From contig OZ260661.1 in NCBI GenBank assembly GCA_965285935.1, positions 98,022,001 through 98,086,000 on the forward strand: a stretch of 64,000 bases of DNA. Reading direction: 5' to 3'. How positions within the stretch are numbered: the stretch's first letter is position 1; every line of letters starts with the position of its first letter. The notes under the pieces were generated by a model, which was not told the origin of the DNA, did no database searches, and saw only the letters and a list, made by a program, of their open reading frames with translations. This DNA comes from Ophelia neglecta (lineage: Eukaryota). Made by a program: the position numbers and the translations under genes. This document shows, piece after piece, positions 52,701 to 61,683 of this stretch.

Positions 52701-55700
52701 CGCATATCATAGTAAACAATGCAGTTGATACGTGTATAGATGTTATACTCTACATGTCGCTGAAGTTTTGTGATATATTGGCAACATATAGATAGCTATA
52801 GTGTTTGTGTTGTCATCTCACTCGTACGTGTTGAAGCATTCTTGTTTCGGAGTCTATTGTTACCAGATATTTTGAAAATAAAGATCAAAGAAACTGAACA
52901 ATTTCTTCTGAGGCAGTATCTAGTAGATAATTTGTTTAAAGTCACCTATGTGAAAGTAAGTATATTTGAATTTATAACAATCTCGATTTCCATTTAAATA
53001 GATGGAATATCTAGTTGTTTGACACCTCCATTGGCAGTTCGACATGTATGATGGTGGTGTTTTGTGCCTTTTCCAGCTGTTACACGCCATTGGACCGCCA
53101 CACCAGCCGAAGAGAAGAATCTTTTTCATTAGTGTTTATGGCGTTGTTCCAGACGAGGAATATAAGATCCTCAAAGTGACACAAGGGACCACCGCCCAGG
53201 ACGTTATTCAACAGGTAAACGCTATTCAGAGCCAAAGTGAATGGTAGGGCGTCACGAGACGGTTAAATATGAGGCGGTATTCATATACAGTGGAACCTGC
53301 CTTGAAGACCACCTTTGTCATCAGACCACCTGTAAATTCAGACCACGAATAAAAGGACTATTCTGTATACTTCCATTGTTAAATAACCTTTCTAAACAGA
53401 CCACCTCCGAAATCTGACAATCATTTTCCAGTCCCTTGGGTGGTCTTAATTCCCAGGTTTCTCTGTATTAAAACTCCCGTGCGTAACTGATTCGGTAGGA
53501 GGATGCGTGTGTTTTTCAATACTAGTAATATGAATGGGGTATTTAATAACTTTTTTTTAAACCCTATTGATGAACGATCAGTTTTGTAGCCATATTTAGT
53601 TATGGAGAGTGCTAATAAGTAAGTGGTGTGTTGCAGGCACTACAAAAGGCTGGGAAGGTGGACAAGGTTGATGATTACCTGTTAATAGAGGAAGTCCAGC
53701 AGAGCTGGGAGACCAAGTCCGATTCGGACAAGGGGATCACTCAGCGAATCCTTGATTTGGAAGAGAATGTCATGCAGGCCGAAAGTCGGTGGAGAGGAAG
53801 TGGCAGATTCCTTCTCAGAAAGGCCTGTTCTGTGAGTAACTTAAAACAGTGTCAATACTGGTTAAAAATACCTCAGTTACAAGAAATATGATAAATTAAT
53901 GAGATAGCTTAAGTCTGTGATGATGAAGACGAGGAAATATATAGAAATTTATTCATACCCGTACCTCTACGTACAAGAAAACTTAAAAAAGATGCATCAA
54001 ATATAAGAATACATATTCCCTAGATTGGATCAACTTATTCTCTCCATTTGTTTACCAGCGTCGAGAGCGCCAGTCGATGGCATATGCTAGCCCCGACTGG
54101 GATAGTGACCAGCAGGTGTTTTTGGTGTGTATATACGGAGTGTCACCGGATCAGCCATACAATATCGTCCAGGCCCCGGTCACTGCCGGCGCGCAGGACA
54201 TCATCACACAGGTCAGTCACTTCTCCGTGAGGGGGGAGGGGGGGGGAGCTCTCACTGTTCTTAGAGGCAGTTTTATTCATTGAATATACTTTAATTACCT
54301 TTACTAACAGTTGAATCGTATTGTGATTTAAGCACTGACTAAGTTTTTTTTTTCTGTCAATATCTGATGAAAGATTTATCCACTACATCAAAACTTATTA
54401 TTATCATTTTATTGATTCTTTTCAAAAACTTGCAATAGTAATATACCGGAAATAATTTAAGTGCATATTAATATCTTCATTTACATTGAATAAGTAATGA
54501 ATGTAGAGCCAAATATATACACATATACAGGCCATGATGAAAGCCCGTAGACCAGAAGACCCAAGGAACTTTGTTTTGGTCGAAGAATCTGGATTATCAG
54601 CAAATTACGACCAACAGACTAGACAAAACTCGACAAAGGTCGACAGGAGAATACTAGCAGACGATGAAAATGTTTACCAGTTGCAGCATTCGTGGAAAGG
54701 CAACGCGGGCAAATTTGTTCTGGTAGACCGATCGAAGGCTTATACCGAGGTGAAACGGAGAAAAGAACATAGTGGACCTTTTGGCAGAATAATGAAACTT
54801 GCCAGTCTGGGACGAGACAAGAAAGAGAAATTAACGAAAAGAGAATCAAACGAAGGTAGGTTATAAGCAGTGATCGGAGACATACTGTGATTTATTATTG
54901 ATATTTGTTTTATAGCGTTGTACATCATTCTATACTATTGGCATGCTCGTAAAACTTGTAAATTGAAAATGGTCTTACAAATATAAATTCCATTTGTATC
55001 AAATTTTACCAACATGTGGATTTCCTTTCTGTTAACCTTTCGGCAATTTTATTTTGAATATGTTAATGAGAATGTGACATTGTTAATACAAAAATCCTTT
55101 GTCAAATCCTGTAATAATCTGTTTCCTCTTTTTCATCCTTGCCGCCAGAATCGCCTTTGCTCCCTTCCACAGTTAATGAAATCCTCACAGTTTTGTGAAT
55201 AACTGGTCAATTCAAGAAACGTTAACTTCCACGTAAAAAAACATTGAGCTCAAACTGCATGCACTAGCCAAACGAGACTGATCTGTCTTGGTCTATAATT
55301 GACCGATCTTTTTTCGACTTCCGTTGGGTATTTTGACCAAAAGGGCACAACGAAAAAGCCATTTTTGGTGACCATCTGTCTTTGACAGAATGTCGATCTC
55401 ATCACAATTTTCTATGATTCTTTTCCTATTTTCGAAAACGTTATGGAATAGAATCAGAAAAATATTTAGGGCTGTACAATATTGGCATGAATGCAGCGGA
55501 TGGACAGATATATGTTAATGTACAACGAAGGCTGTCAGTTTTGTTTGACGAGTGCAATAGAAAACATTTTTCCTTTCTTATAGTTTTTACCTGCATGCCA
55601 AGTTGTATTCCTTAAGTTTAGCCACATAAACACAAAACCCCAAACACTCCCCTGGTTGTTGTTAACTAAAGAGACTATTTAGGCCTAAACAAACAATCGA

Positions 55701-56515
55701 AAATATTTTTTTATTGCGTAGCCACCAACTGCACATCCACCACCATTAATGTGTGCCTACCTTTGCGATGTAATTATATTTTGTATTAGATAAGATTTTT
55801 CTTAATGTCGGTTTTTTTTTATCAAAGTACATGACTGGAAGTCTTTGCACCGTGTTTAAATGCCCTCACTTTCAGCTTAAATGCCAGCCTTTCCATGCAC
55901 CAATTTACTGTTATTGGATTACCCTGTTAACCATTAATACGTGCAGGCTTATTATTGCGATCTCAATCTTTTCTGCTCGTTGTCGCCCATTGCTTGATTA
56001 TAATACAAAAAGCACGAATTCAATTTTTTTGACAAAAATTGACCTAATTATATTTTGTGCCGTACGTTACAAGGGAAACAGTGAAGCAAGTATTTGACTG
56101 TGTTTTCCTAGTACTACCGTAAAACGTTAATAGAGATAAATGTTTAATATAAAACTAATGCAATATCCACTTAGCCTGCTCAGTATCAATTCGAATTGCA
56201 CAGAATGCCAAAATGGAAAACAACAAAAAGTTCAGTTTAAAAAGAGTGCTCAACTATACTAGTGCATGTCTTTCGTTGTATTTAAATATTACACATTTGC
56301 TTTTATTTAACACACTTTCAGGAACAGACCAGGCCAGATGCCGAACGCCCAAGATTGGCCTCTCTGTCCGCCATGATTCGGACGAGATGTCTGGATTTGG
56401 CAGGAAGCCACCTCGTCTTCATGTGTCGTCTGCTAAACATAGCAGAGAAGGAAAACTGGAGACAGAGAGCAAAACTCACTCATTGCCAAGACTACCTAAA
56501 CTACTTTCGAAATAA
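10659..56515 (+). CDS. PLCE1: Phospholipase C epsilon, long invertebrate form (whole-gene span; 39 coding exons, ~3,513 aa): ARM-like, split REM, FERM F2-F3, CDC25 RasGEF, PH, EF, X, Y, C2, RA1, RA2
   Basis: PI-PLC motifs ([64 protein letters not shown]) together with a CDC25 GEF and two RA domains define the epsilon class. Exon phases join without frameshift and the total is divisible by 3. The true 5' end is uncertain. Confidence 0.93.
11019..11212 (+). CDS. PLCE1: PLCE exon 2 (helical, ARM-like)
   Basis: ttttctttcag acceptor; [12 protein letters not shown]...LLNQIVQ; CAG|GTGAGT donor. Confidence 0.8.
13265..14101 (+). CDS. PLCE1: PLCE exon 3 (ARM-like helices with Ser/His-rich insert)
   Basis: ttttatttgcag acceptor; 279 open codons; CCA|GTGAGT donor. 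Confidence 0.88.
14536..14782 (+). CDS. PLCE1: PLCE exon 4 ([14 protein letters not shown]...[15 protein letters not shown]...[13 protein letters not shown])
   Basis: cttatag acceptor, G|GTGAGA donor, ARM-like helical pattern. Confidence 0.88.
15133..15293 (+). CDS. PLCE1: PLCE exon 5 (REM segment 1: [15 protein letters not shown])
   Basis: ttttttgcag acceptor, AAG|GTGAGA donor, phase 1 to 0. Not in the ORF track; translated by hand. Confidence 0.85.
15934..15988. repeat. 13-bp tandem repeat (TTGACCCGTATCA) x4
   Basis: Four perfect copies read directly. Confidence 0.95.
19726..21705 (+). CDS. PLCE1: PLCE exon 6 (1,980 nt; REM segments 2 and 3 flanking ~490 aa of low-complexity sequence)
   Basis: ttttcctttcttag acceptor; 660 open codons; GAG|GTTAGT donor. 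Confidence 0.9.
23284..23440. repeat. Dispersed repeat, copy A (TGTATTGACCACTAATAGGAAGTCA...GACCTT)
   Basis: Shares a 25-mer (1 mismatch) and a downstream GACCT/AGGTCA motif with the copy at 32233. Confidence 0.5.
25021..25092 (+). CDS. PLCE1: PLCE exon 7 ([24 protein letters not shown]; start of FERM F2)
   Basis: Long pyrimidine tract ending ttctag; CTG|GTAAGA donor; phase 0-0. Confidence 0.85.
29406..29522 (+). CDS. Candidate alternative first coding exon of PLCE ([19 protein letters not shown]...ARADEQ)
   Basis: Kozak-like ACAATGG; in-frame TAG at 29397; CAG|GTTAAG phase-0 donor compatible with the exon at 33233. Confidence 0.55.
29860..30430. repeat. Degenerate ~21-22 bp tandem repeat (TATCTCGTTCCCTCAAGATAA) with an inverted block at ~30165-30270; probably TE-internal
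   Basis: Repeated tcgttccctc/aagata units, with gggaacga/tatcttga units in the opposite orientation. Confidence 0.75.
30500..31520 (-). mobile_element. Highly decayed LINE RT fragment
   Basis: Minus-strand remnants occur in RT order: PIS (RPISL-like), FSKQTFDK (DFSKAFD-like), [21 protein letters not shown]-like. Many disruptions. Confidence 0.45.
32233..32320. repeat. Dispersed repeat, copy B
   Basis: TGTATTGACCACTGATAGGAAGTCA...CCTTGACCT...AAGGTCA. Confidence 0.5.
33233..33388 (+). CDS. PLCE1: PLCE exon 8 (FERM F2: [29 protein letters not shown])
   Basis: tcatccttctag acceptor; AGG|GTAACT donor; FERM central-lobe pattern. Confidence 0.88.
34234..34416 (+). mobile_element. Tc1/mariner(pogo)-type MITE, copy 1
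   Basis: TA|CAGTGAAACC...GGTTTCATTG|TA; internal GACCACC/GGTGGTC repeats. Confidence 0.85.
35931..36161 (+). CDS. PLCE1: PLCE exon 9 (FERM F2 insert to [17 protein letters not shown])
   Basis: ttatttttag acceptor; 77 open codons; GAG|GTAAGG donor. Confidence 0.88.
36472..36621 (+). CDS. PLCE1: PLCE exon 10 (FERM F2/F3 junction: [25 protein letters not shown])
   Basis: cttcatacag acceptor; AAG|GTGAGC donor; FERM LPxYG motif. Confidence 0.9.
37137..37200. repeat. 32-bp perfect tandem duplication
   Basis: AGAATGACAAATTAATAAAGGATAGAACTAAT x2. Confidence 0.9.
38955..39240 (+). CDS. PLCE1: PLCE exon 11 (FERM F3, PTB-like lobe: [20 protein letters not shown])
   Basis: tctcatcaag acceptor; G|GTAAGA donor. 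Confidence 0.88.
39507..39927 (+). CDS. PLCE1: PLCE exon 12 (CDC25 RasGEF: FPEELALRM...[18 protein letters not shown])
   Basis: CDC25 GNFN motif; tatcag acceptor; AA|GTAGGC donor. Confidence 0.93.
40333..40582 (+). CDS. PLCE1: PLCE exon 13 (CDC25: [10 protein letters not shown]...[12 protein letters not shown])
   Basis: CDC25 IPFxGxFLxDL motif; GAG|GTAATG donor. Confidence 0.93.
40760..40880. repeat. 17-bp minisatellite (TTGCCTTGGTATCTTGT), ~7 copies
   Basis: Read directly; degenerate copies. Confidence 0.85.
41070..41266 (+). CDS. PLCE1: PLCE exon 14 ([25 protein letters not shown])
   Basis: End of CDC25 (GLINxEK motif); AG|GTAATT donor. Confidence 0.9.
41440..42187 (+). CDS. PLCE1: PLCE exon 15 (PH domain and start of EF region); ends at a GC donor
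   Basis: [10 protein letters not shown]...LSWSKPSW...WSRGLKKLV...WLKEQYLQL; CAG|GCTAGT donor. Confidence 0.9.
42393..42548 (+). CDS. PLCE1: PLCE exon 16 (VFGGRRWNA...SLGK)
   Basis: FGGRRW as I recall it from PLCE1; ttttatag acceptor; AAG|GTGAGA donor. Confidence 0.88.
42712..43222 (+). CDS. PLCE1: PLCE exon 17 (EF region: [25 protein letters not shown])
   Basis: ttttatcccag acceptor; G|GTGAGG donor. Confidence 0.9.
43444..43655 (+). CDS. PLCE1: PLCE exon 18 (EF region)
   Basis: GLITRN...[14 protein letters not shown]...FLEDYQ; CAT|GTATGC donor. Confidence 0.9.
43793..43915 (+). CDS. PLCE1: PLCE exon 19 (last EF hand: [15 protein letters not shown])
   Basis: PLC EF4 motif; GTG|GTAGGT donor. 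Confidence 0.92.
44430..44850. repeat. Purine-rich low-complexity tract (decayed GACA/GAGA-type microsatellite)
   Basis: Frequent gacag/agaca words and strong A/G skew. Confidence 0.5.
45022..45126 (+). CDS. PLCE1: PLCE exon 20 (X box: [35 protein letters not shown])
   Basis: Catalytic His motif; canonical splice sites. Confidence 0.96.
45334..45441 (+). CDS. PLCE1: PLCE exon 21 (X box: [36 protein letters not shown])
   Basis: Catalytic Glu, Asp and His motifs; canonical splice sites. Confidence 0.96.
45802..45918 (+). CDS. PLCE1: PLCE exon 22 (X box: [12 protein letters not shown])
   Basis: PI-PLC motif; canonical splice sites. Confidence 0.96.
46007..46162 (+). CDS. PLCE1: PLCE exon 23 (end of X box: [17 protein letters not shown])
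   Basis: PI-PLC motif; the donor AAG|GTGGCC is weak, so the 3' end is less certain. Confidence 0.88.
46350..46446 (+). CDS. PLCE1: PLCE exon 24 (acidic X-Y linker: [16 protein letters not shown])
   Basis: Acidic patch typical of PLC X-Y linkers; G|GTACTT donor. Confidence 0.8.
46613..46751 (+). CDS. PLCE1: PLCE exon 25 (X-Y linker)
   Basis: tttccatag acceptor in phase 1; AG|GTAAAA donor in phase 2. Confidence 0.78.
46894..47484 (+). CDS. PLCE1: PLCE exon 26 (197-codon Ser/Lys-rich X-Y linker exon, symmetric phase 2-2)
   Basis: ttctttccaccag acceptor; open frame; AA|GTGAGT donor. Confidence 0.8.
48389..48561 (+). CDS. PLCE1: PLCE exon 27 (start of Y box: [18 protein letters not shown])
   Basis: ELSDLVIY motif; G|GTGAGA donor. 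Confidence 0.93.
48709..48807 (+). CDS. PLCE1: PLCE exon 28 (epsilon-specific Y-box insert, part 1)
   Basis: tgcttcag acceptor; G|GTTAAT donor; phase 1-1. Confidence 0.8.
49406..49550 (+). CDS. PLCE1: PLCE exon 29 (Y box: [18 protein letters not shown]); ends at U12 AT donor
   Basis: Y-box motif followed directly by ATATCCTTTT. Confidence 0.92.
49551..49890 (+). other. U12-type (minor spliceosome) AT-AC intron, 340 nt
   Basis: 5' end ATATCCTTTT; branch-like GCCTTGAT at 49874-49881; 3' end CAC. Removing it restores [17 protein letters not shown]. Confidence 0.93.
49891..50015 (+). CDS. PLCE1: PLCE exon 30 (Y box: [23 protein letters not shown]...ALNYQTE)
   Basis: Core Y-box motif; G|GTAAAG donor. 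Confidence 0.95.
50215..50381 (+). CDS. PLCE1: PLCE exon 31 ([17 protein letters not shown]; entry to C2)
   Basis: PI-PLC motif; CAT|GTAAGA donor. Confidence 0.94.
50525..50683 (+). CDS. PLCE1: PLCE exon 32 (C2: LISGQY...[11 protein letters not shown]...NSVNPIWNE)
   Basis: PLC C2 motif; CAC|GTAAGT donor. Confidence 0.95.
50909..51011 (+). CDS. PLCE1: PLCE exon 33 (C2: PDIAFVRF...AQRII)
   Basis: PLC C2 motif; weak donor G|GTTCGA fixed by the downstream GYRH. Confidence 0.9.
51122..51336 (+). CDS. PLCE1: PLCE exon 34 (end of C2: GYRHVRLR...LSTLFI)
   Basis: GYRH motif; GAG|GTACTG donor. Confidence 0.9.
51583..52554 (+). CDS. Alternative PLCE exon between C2 and RA1: terminal (stop at 52552-52554) or internal via a donor at 52021
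   Basis: catttgtaacag acceptor in phase 0; 323 open codons; internal GAG|GTAAGC phase-0 donor. Confidence 0.7.
   Translation, partial: KKKSRISRAATRKKMENLLHTALTNRFSGERKAPKARSTFYAAPDLIQDNPINNSPFRRYSADELDVVPEHFETGDFRERSLTFGEGTGFSKSPTIARAIAKYRMASSFNVASSSVPDLYTGEAHTKNDLSYLMSQSGSLISSNSEVSEQSDETSRSETTPDIDLTHLEGRGRVDIRTCDERPAKQHEVENVEASYSGVKEQEMNQTAAEADLTALFSFVPTSPDDMESTTEPNPNAQEDSTRICQYNQTAGGRDVLSNLKFMNNRVLIDESQPGTTTNKDIIETDVQGHRGSSDSEDSGDSPMCRCTGSDESDDCDALCTHF
53077..53214 (+). CDS. PLCE1: PLCE exon 35 (RA1, N-half)
   Basis: [11 protein letters not shown]...[16 protein letters not shown]; canonical splice sites. Confidence 0.92.
53288..53465 (-). mobile_element. Tc1/mariner(pogo)-type MITE, copy 2 (opposite orientation)
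   Basis: TA|CAGTGGAACC...GGTTTCTCTG|TA; same internal motifs, reversed. Confidence 0.85.
53637..53831 (+). CDS. PLCE1: PLCE exon 36 (RA1, C-half)
   Basis: DYLLIEEV...QRILD...[11 protein letters not shown]; TCT|GTGAGT donor. Confidence 0.92.
54059..54211 (+). CDS. PLCE1: PLCE exon 37 (RA2, N-half)
   Basis: [14 protein letters not shown]...AQDIITQ; CAG|GTCAGT donor. Confidence 0.92.
54531..54855 (+). CDS. PLCE1: PLCE exon 38 (RA2, C-half, plus basic tail)
   Basis: FVLVEE...[25 protein letters not shown]; G|GTAGGT donor. Confidence 0.92.
55149..55198 (+). CDS. Candidate alternative terminal exon ([16 protein letters not shown]-stop)
   Basis: Strong pyrimidine tract ending gccgccag; phase 1 matches exon 38. 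Confidence 0.45.
56322..56515 (+). CDS. PLCE1: PLCE exon 39 (terminal coding exon, ...[10 protein letters not shown]-stop)
   Basis: cacactttcag acceptor in phase 1; open to TAA. Confidence 0.75.
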
Positions 56516-57274
56516 ATACTACGTTACTAGACTTAGGCGATAAACGGATACATCCACGAAATGTGAAACAAAAAAATCCTACAGTAAAGGTTAATTTTGG
56601 AATACTGTACATGATATGGGAGCAGTGTTGGACGAGATTTGTGAAGTGAAAAGGCATAATGTCGTTAAAGTGCACTCTATTTGAGTGTTGTGATATTATA
56701 TTGTTATGTTTCCAACTTGAGACGGGATATACTTTGTTTTAAAAAAGGATTGGTTTCAAATTCGTTTGTGTGAGCCAATCAGATTAACGGACGATCGTGT
56801 GCAATACTCTACGCGATAAATTAGGCGTTGTATCCACTTTCAAGAAGAGCACTATTATAAATGCGTTTTTCAAGTTTCATGCACACTTATTATCGTATCT
56901 ATGTTACAGAGCAGTCTCAAGGTTCGCCTCAAATAGGAGTCCATTTACTCTAATGGTACTCCAGTAGAAAAGTGTGCTTATAATACAAGTTTATGCTTCT
57001 TCCATCCCACGTTCCTTGTGTCTTATCATGAGGACCGACTATGAGATGCTTCTACGTGTACTGTCGTTTATATGATAAGCCGAAAACTTGAAGTGTGATT
57101 GTATGATATTTCTATTATAACTTGATCTCACATGAAACATAAGAGGTGATAAATTACTGATTTTGTAATACACTGGCAACCAGATATGCCAATTTCTAGG
57201 ATAATTGATGTTTTCGTTAAATATAAATAATTTACAATCCAGTGTTTTAAATATTGTATAAAAAACTTGACTAA

Positions 57275-57280
57275 AATAAA
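57275..57280 (+). terminator. Candidate polyadenylation signal of PLCE
   Basis: AATAAA about 760 nt after the stop, followed about 30 nt later by a T/GT-rich tract (tgttttggttttttattc). Confidence 0.4.
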
Positions 57281-57435
57281 CCAATATTTGAAAAAAAAAG
57301 ATTATTTAAATGTTTTGGTTTTTTATTCATTTTCGAAAAACTCCATTTCACAATTTAGGAAAATTAATAATACACTGTTAAGCAAATTCGCAGAAACATA
57401 TCGAGATAAAATATGTAGATTTTATTTGGCTATCC

Positions 57436-57800
57436 AATGACATGTCCCCCTCTGAGTAGCTATCCTCTGGCATGGCCTCATTTTAAAGCTCTCCACTGGC
57501 ATGTCCGCAGTAAATAGTTAGCCACTGGAATGTCCCTTATTATTAGATATCTACTGGCAAAGCCCCAGGCAAAAGCTACCCTCTGGCATGGCTCCACTCA
57601 ATATCCATTCTCTAGCATGGCCCCACTCAGTAGCTATCCACTAGCATGGCCCCACTCAGTAGCTTTCCACTGGCATGGCTCCACTCAATATCCATCCTCT
57701 TGCATGGCCCCACTCAGTAGCTATCCACTGGCAAAGCCTTACTCAATAACTATCCAGCGGCATAGCCCCACTCCATAGCTATACACAAGCATGACTACTC
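57436..57800. repeat. 29-bp minisatellite (CCACTGGCATGGCCCCACTCAGTAGCTAT), ~12 copies
   Basis: Head-to-tail units with no spacers. Confidence 0.9.
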
Positions 57801-60800
57801 AAAAGCATCCTCATTATTAGCCTTGACAGTAGTGAACTGACTAAGAAATTCCAATTAAGATCCTGATTTTAAGATTTATCTTGACCAGGAAAATTACTAA
57901 AATTTCAAATATCTTCGATGTAATATATTTTTATGTTTCAAAAATCGTTCAGGGGGAAATAAGGGAACTAACGCCATGGTAACCACGATATGTATTGATC
58001 GTATTGTTTATTATATTATTTTATTATATTGATCATATAAGTTATTGCCATTTTCGGTTCCTTAAAAACGGGTGAGAATAGCCGGCAGACGAGGGAAAAC
58101 CAGTTGCCAGTCCACGAAACACTGTACAAACTACTAAGTGGAATAATGGATATATTTTGATGCTATTCTAATACATTATATACTGTTATCACTGCAACCG
58201 CTTGATGAATGCAAGATTCAACCTTACCCCCTTTTATTAAATTACCTACTTATGATACACAGACATGATCTAGCATCCGGAAAAGCAGTCTTAGAGTTTG
58301 ATTGAGGGTGATTTTGGTTGGTTGTAAAATATAGGTCGCATTGCACTTTTTCTAAATGTAGAATTAAAAATTATTAGTGAAATCACGATCATATAGTGAT
58401 CAGCTAAATCGTCTTAGGTTGTGTACGTTTTTGTAAGAGATCTTGCCTTTGTTCGAGAAGACTTGTGATTGTAGTGAATGTTCATTTTGTTTTATCATTT
58501 TGCCAAATATTAATTTTCTCGGCTTTTATTTATAATTCTATTTACTGTGAGTAGTTATGTACTTTTTTTTTAATTTCTGGTGCATATTTCATGTCCATCC
58601 CATGTTTGCCACTGCCTCGTTAGGTTTGACCCATGTATTTTCTCACCTGGGTCATATTTCACGTCCTGAACTGACCACTGCCTCGTTCATTTTGTGATCT
58701 GACTCGCATTATGGAAATCTGTGAACTACTTATCATAGCACGTGATATCAATTTGATGTTTGTATGTAGCTGCCGTCTTTGGTGATTCGGACTGATCTCA
58801 TGGAGCTTCATGATTACTGGTTTAGCTTTCTCTGCCAGGTATCTACCCTGTTTTTTTTATAAATGGAACATACATGTCATGATTGTAAGAAATGGACACT
58901 GAAGTCGCAAAAAAAGGCTTCCAAGCAATAAAAATAACAGTGGATGCTAAGAAAACTAATTGTGATATTTCATGTAAAGGTTAAAAAAGGAAAAGAGAAG
59001 GTTAGTTCACATTTCTGTGTATGAATATTATATGATTAGTATGCGCAATTTGAAAATATATCTAACAGGGGTAGCAATTCTGGAACCATAGGAGTGGTAT
59101 GTAGACACAGAAAATTATGTTCTACTATTATAGTTTACCTTTATAGGTCCGTACATCTACTTTTCTATTGTTAAACTTAATATTATTCCGCGATGTCCAT
59201 TCTATTAAGCAGTAGTATCTTTAAAGCACAATGGGAATATCATTAATTTTTTAATTACCCAGTGCATTGATTTTGAACGGTACTGAAATAATACTCGTGC
59301 ACAATGTGGTTATTTCCTACTGATTATTCGTCATAATGCCGTAACATATGTTTATATTGTGTCTTTTTGTCAGTCCGCCTGTTATTGCATATATGTGTGT
59401 ATATCTGATTTGTACCAATGTCTCTCTGTTACAGTGGCACGCCGGGCAAGGTATTCGAAATTGCTGAAAGAAGAAAACCCTGGATTTCAATAGAAGAAGT
59501 GATTTTTTATTTCCTTGTCTTGCCCATAAGGACTTTTTTGTTTGAAAACTGGTCATTATTTACAGAAACAATTGAATCAATTTAATTTTAAATTTTAAAA
59601 AACTAACATTGATGTGATGTTAACGCTTATTTCATCTGTATTGCCGGTAAGTTTAATACTTATTGCTCGGCCCGTCTTGGGACTAACTGTGCAAGAATGA
59701 CGTGAGTGTTTCACCCATGACTATATTGACACTGAAGTAGAGGTTATATAAAATATATTCCACATTATAATTCGTATAAAATGCTATCACCGAAACACCT
59801 AGAACAGATTTCATAAACCTGAATGAACTGGAATCCACAGTAATCAGATATATGTCAGGTATACATATGTGCATTCTTATAGAAAGATGATTCACCATAA
59901 CGCTAACATTCTGGCTACCACTCTACTAATGCGATGGGTTGATAGGTCTATCTACGCTTGTATTTAAAGGAATATTTTGATGGGGAAAATTCTTCTCGTC
60001 GTATAGTTTGTATAGAAATTGGCTCAAATTAAATTTAAACAGCTCCATCAATAATCAATCATGTGAAATAAACGACTATCAATAGAGTGGCTTATACAGC
60101 ACCTGCACTAGAAGTATGTAAACAAAAGGCTTAGAAGTTTAAATCCCAGAATGTTTACATTAAACAAATGGCAGTTTACGCAAGCTTGGTTTGGCAACTA
60201 AAAACCTTATGAACACATAACATGTCGTATCAGTTTGTTTGACAATACAATCGAGCTGAAATAAAAATAGTTGTCGAATGCATTGACCATTAAATGTCCA
60301 TCTGCACCCATTGCATATACAGAGCTTGGGGCCTGCAATTTTCTAGAGCAATATATTTCCACATGCATTGAGCAAGAATGGGTAAACCCCTGACTCGATC
60401 TGAAAAGTAGAAAAGAATAAAATAACTATAATCCTACCTTTGTATAGAGACAGGATCAAAAATGAGAGAACGTGTCATTGAAACGCAAAAAATAACCCTC
60501 ATTTTGCTATGGTTGTTTATTTCTTAATAGTAATTTAAGTTATGTCTGTTGGGCACCACATAATAAAATTTACTACATTAAGCCTGACCTTCGACATACA
60601 TGTATTGGAGTAAGCGGTGTGTTTAGTAAACACGTTTCTAACGTGTTTGATTTCACACCCACATCATTTCATTGAAATGCATAATTTATTTAATACCCTG
60701 CATGCACAATGAGTCTATGGACATGAATGCATTTACAGTTTTTCAGATAGGTGTTATTAATTTACCTTATAAGTTACTGCTCTAATTGTTTGAAGCGTCG

Positions 60801-61460
60801 AATTTTATAAGACGGTATTTTTATAGTCCCTTTAAAACGGATTAAAAATTGATCAATATTATCAACCCTACGCTTCTAGAATTTGCTGGGTGAATCCGAA
60901 AATGACCGTGTAATGACTGTGAAGGTCCAATCCACAAACGGGGTTAGGGGGCATAATTGTGATCATTACTGCTTTCTTAGAATACTTTTTTTTTCATTGA
61001 ACTCCAAAGGACGGTTTCCGAAACAAAAATGTACACGGAAGAAAACAAAGTGCCCATAAAATTTCAATCCCGTACCTTGTTGTTATGACGAAATACGAGT
61101 CTTCACAGGCCTTGTGATGCTAATGGCAAATATTTTTGATCTAACATTGTTCCTTAATTATTGTATGTTGTAACTAATACAATTCTGTACAAGTGAAACC
61201 AAATCCTCATTGGGTACAAGTCGTGAACTAATTCCGTTTACTATTTCAAATGTATGCAATGGGTCCAACCAAACAAGAGGTGTGAGTGACGGCTATATTT
61301 GTTGAATCACATAAATTGGTATTTTTACTTTATGTTATTTTCTGCATTTACGGATAAATCAAATGTTTAATATGGCCGAACAGTATATGATGGTAACTTG
61401 TAACCTAAGCAGCAGTGAGAACTGAACAATTGCACAGCTATAAACATGCTTCCACATGTA

Positions 61461-61635
61461 CAGTGAAACCTGTGAATTAAGACCACCCAAGGAATTGGAA
61501 AATGCTGGTCTGATTTCGAAGATGGTCTGTTTAGACAGGTTATTAACATTGAAAGTATACATCATGGCTCTCATATTAGTGTTCTGAATTGGCAGGTGGT
61601 CTGATTAAACAGGTGGTTTTTAAGACTGGTTTCAC
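61461..61635 (+). mobile_element. Tc1/mariner(pogo)-type MITE, copy 3 (right TIR clipped)
   Basis: TA|CAGTGAAACCTGTGAATT..GACCACCCAA as in copy 1; ends GGTTTCAC. Confidence 0.85.
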
Positions 61636-61683
61636 CTAACATATGTGTGTAAATTCCCTATAAAAGTCACTAGCCGCCATGAC
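61635..61683. repeat. 49-bp dispersed repeat, second copy
   Basis: Matches 1327-1375 and abuts MITE copy 3. Confidence 0.85.

Noticed and set aside
57436-57800. 29-bp repeats of CRISPR-like length
   Set aside because: The units are contiguous with no unique spacers, no cas genes are present and the context is eukaryotic. It is a minisatellite, and ORF 57530-57778 is a by-product.
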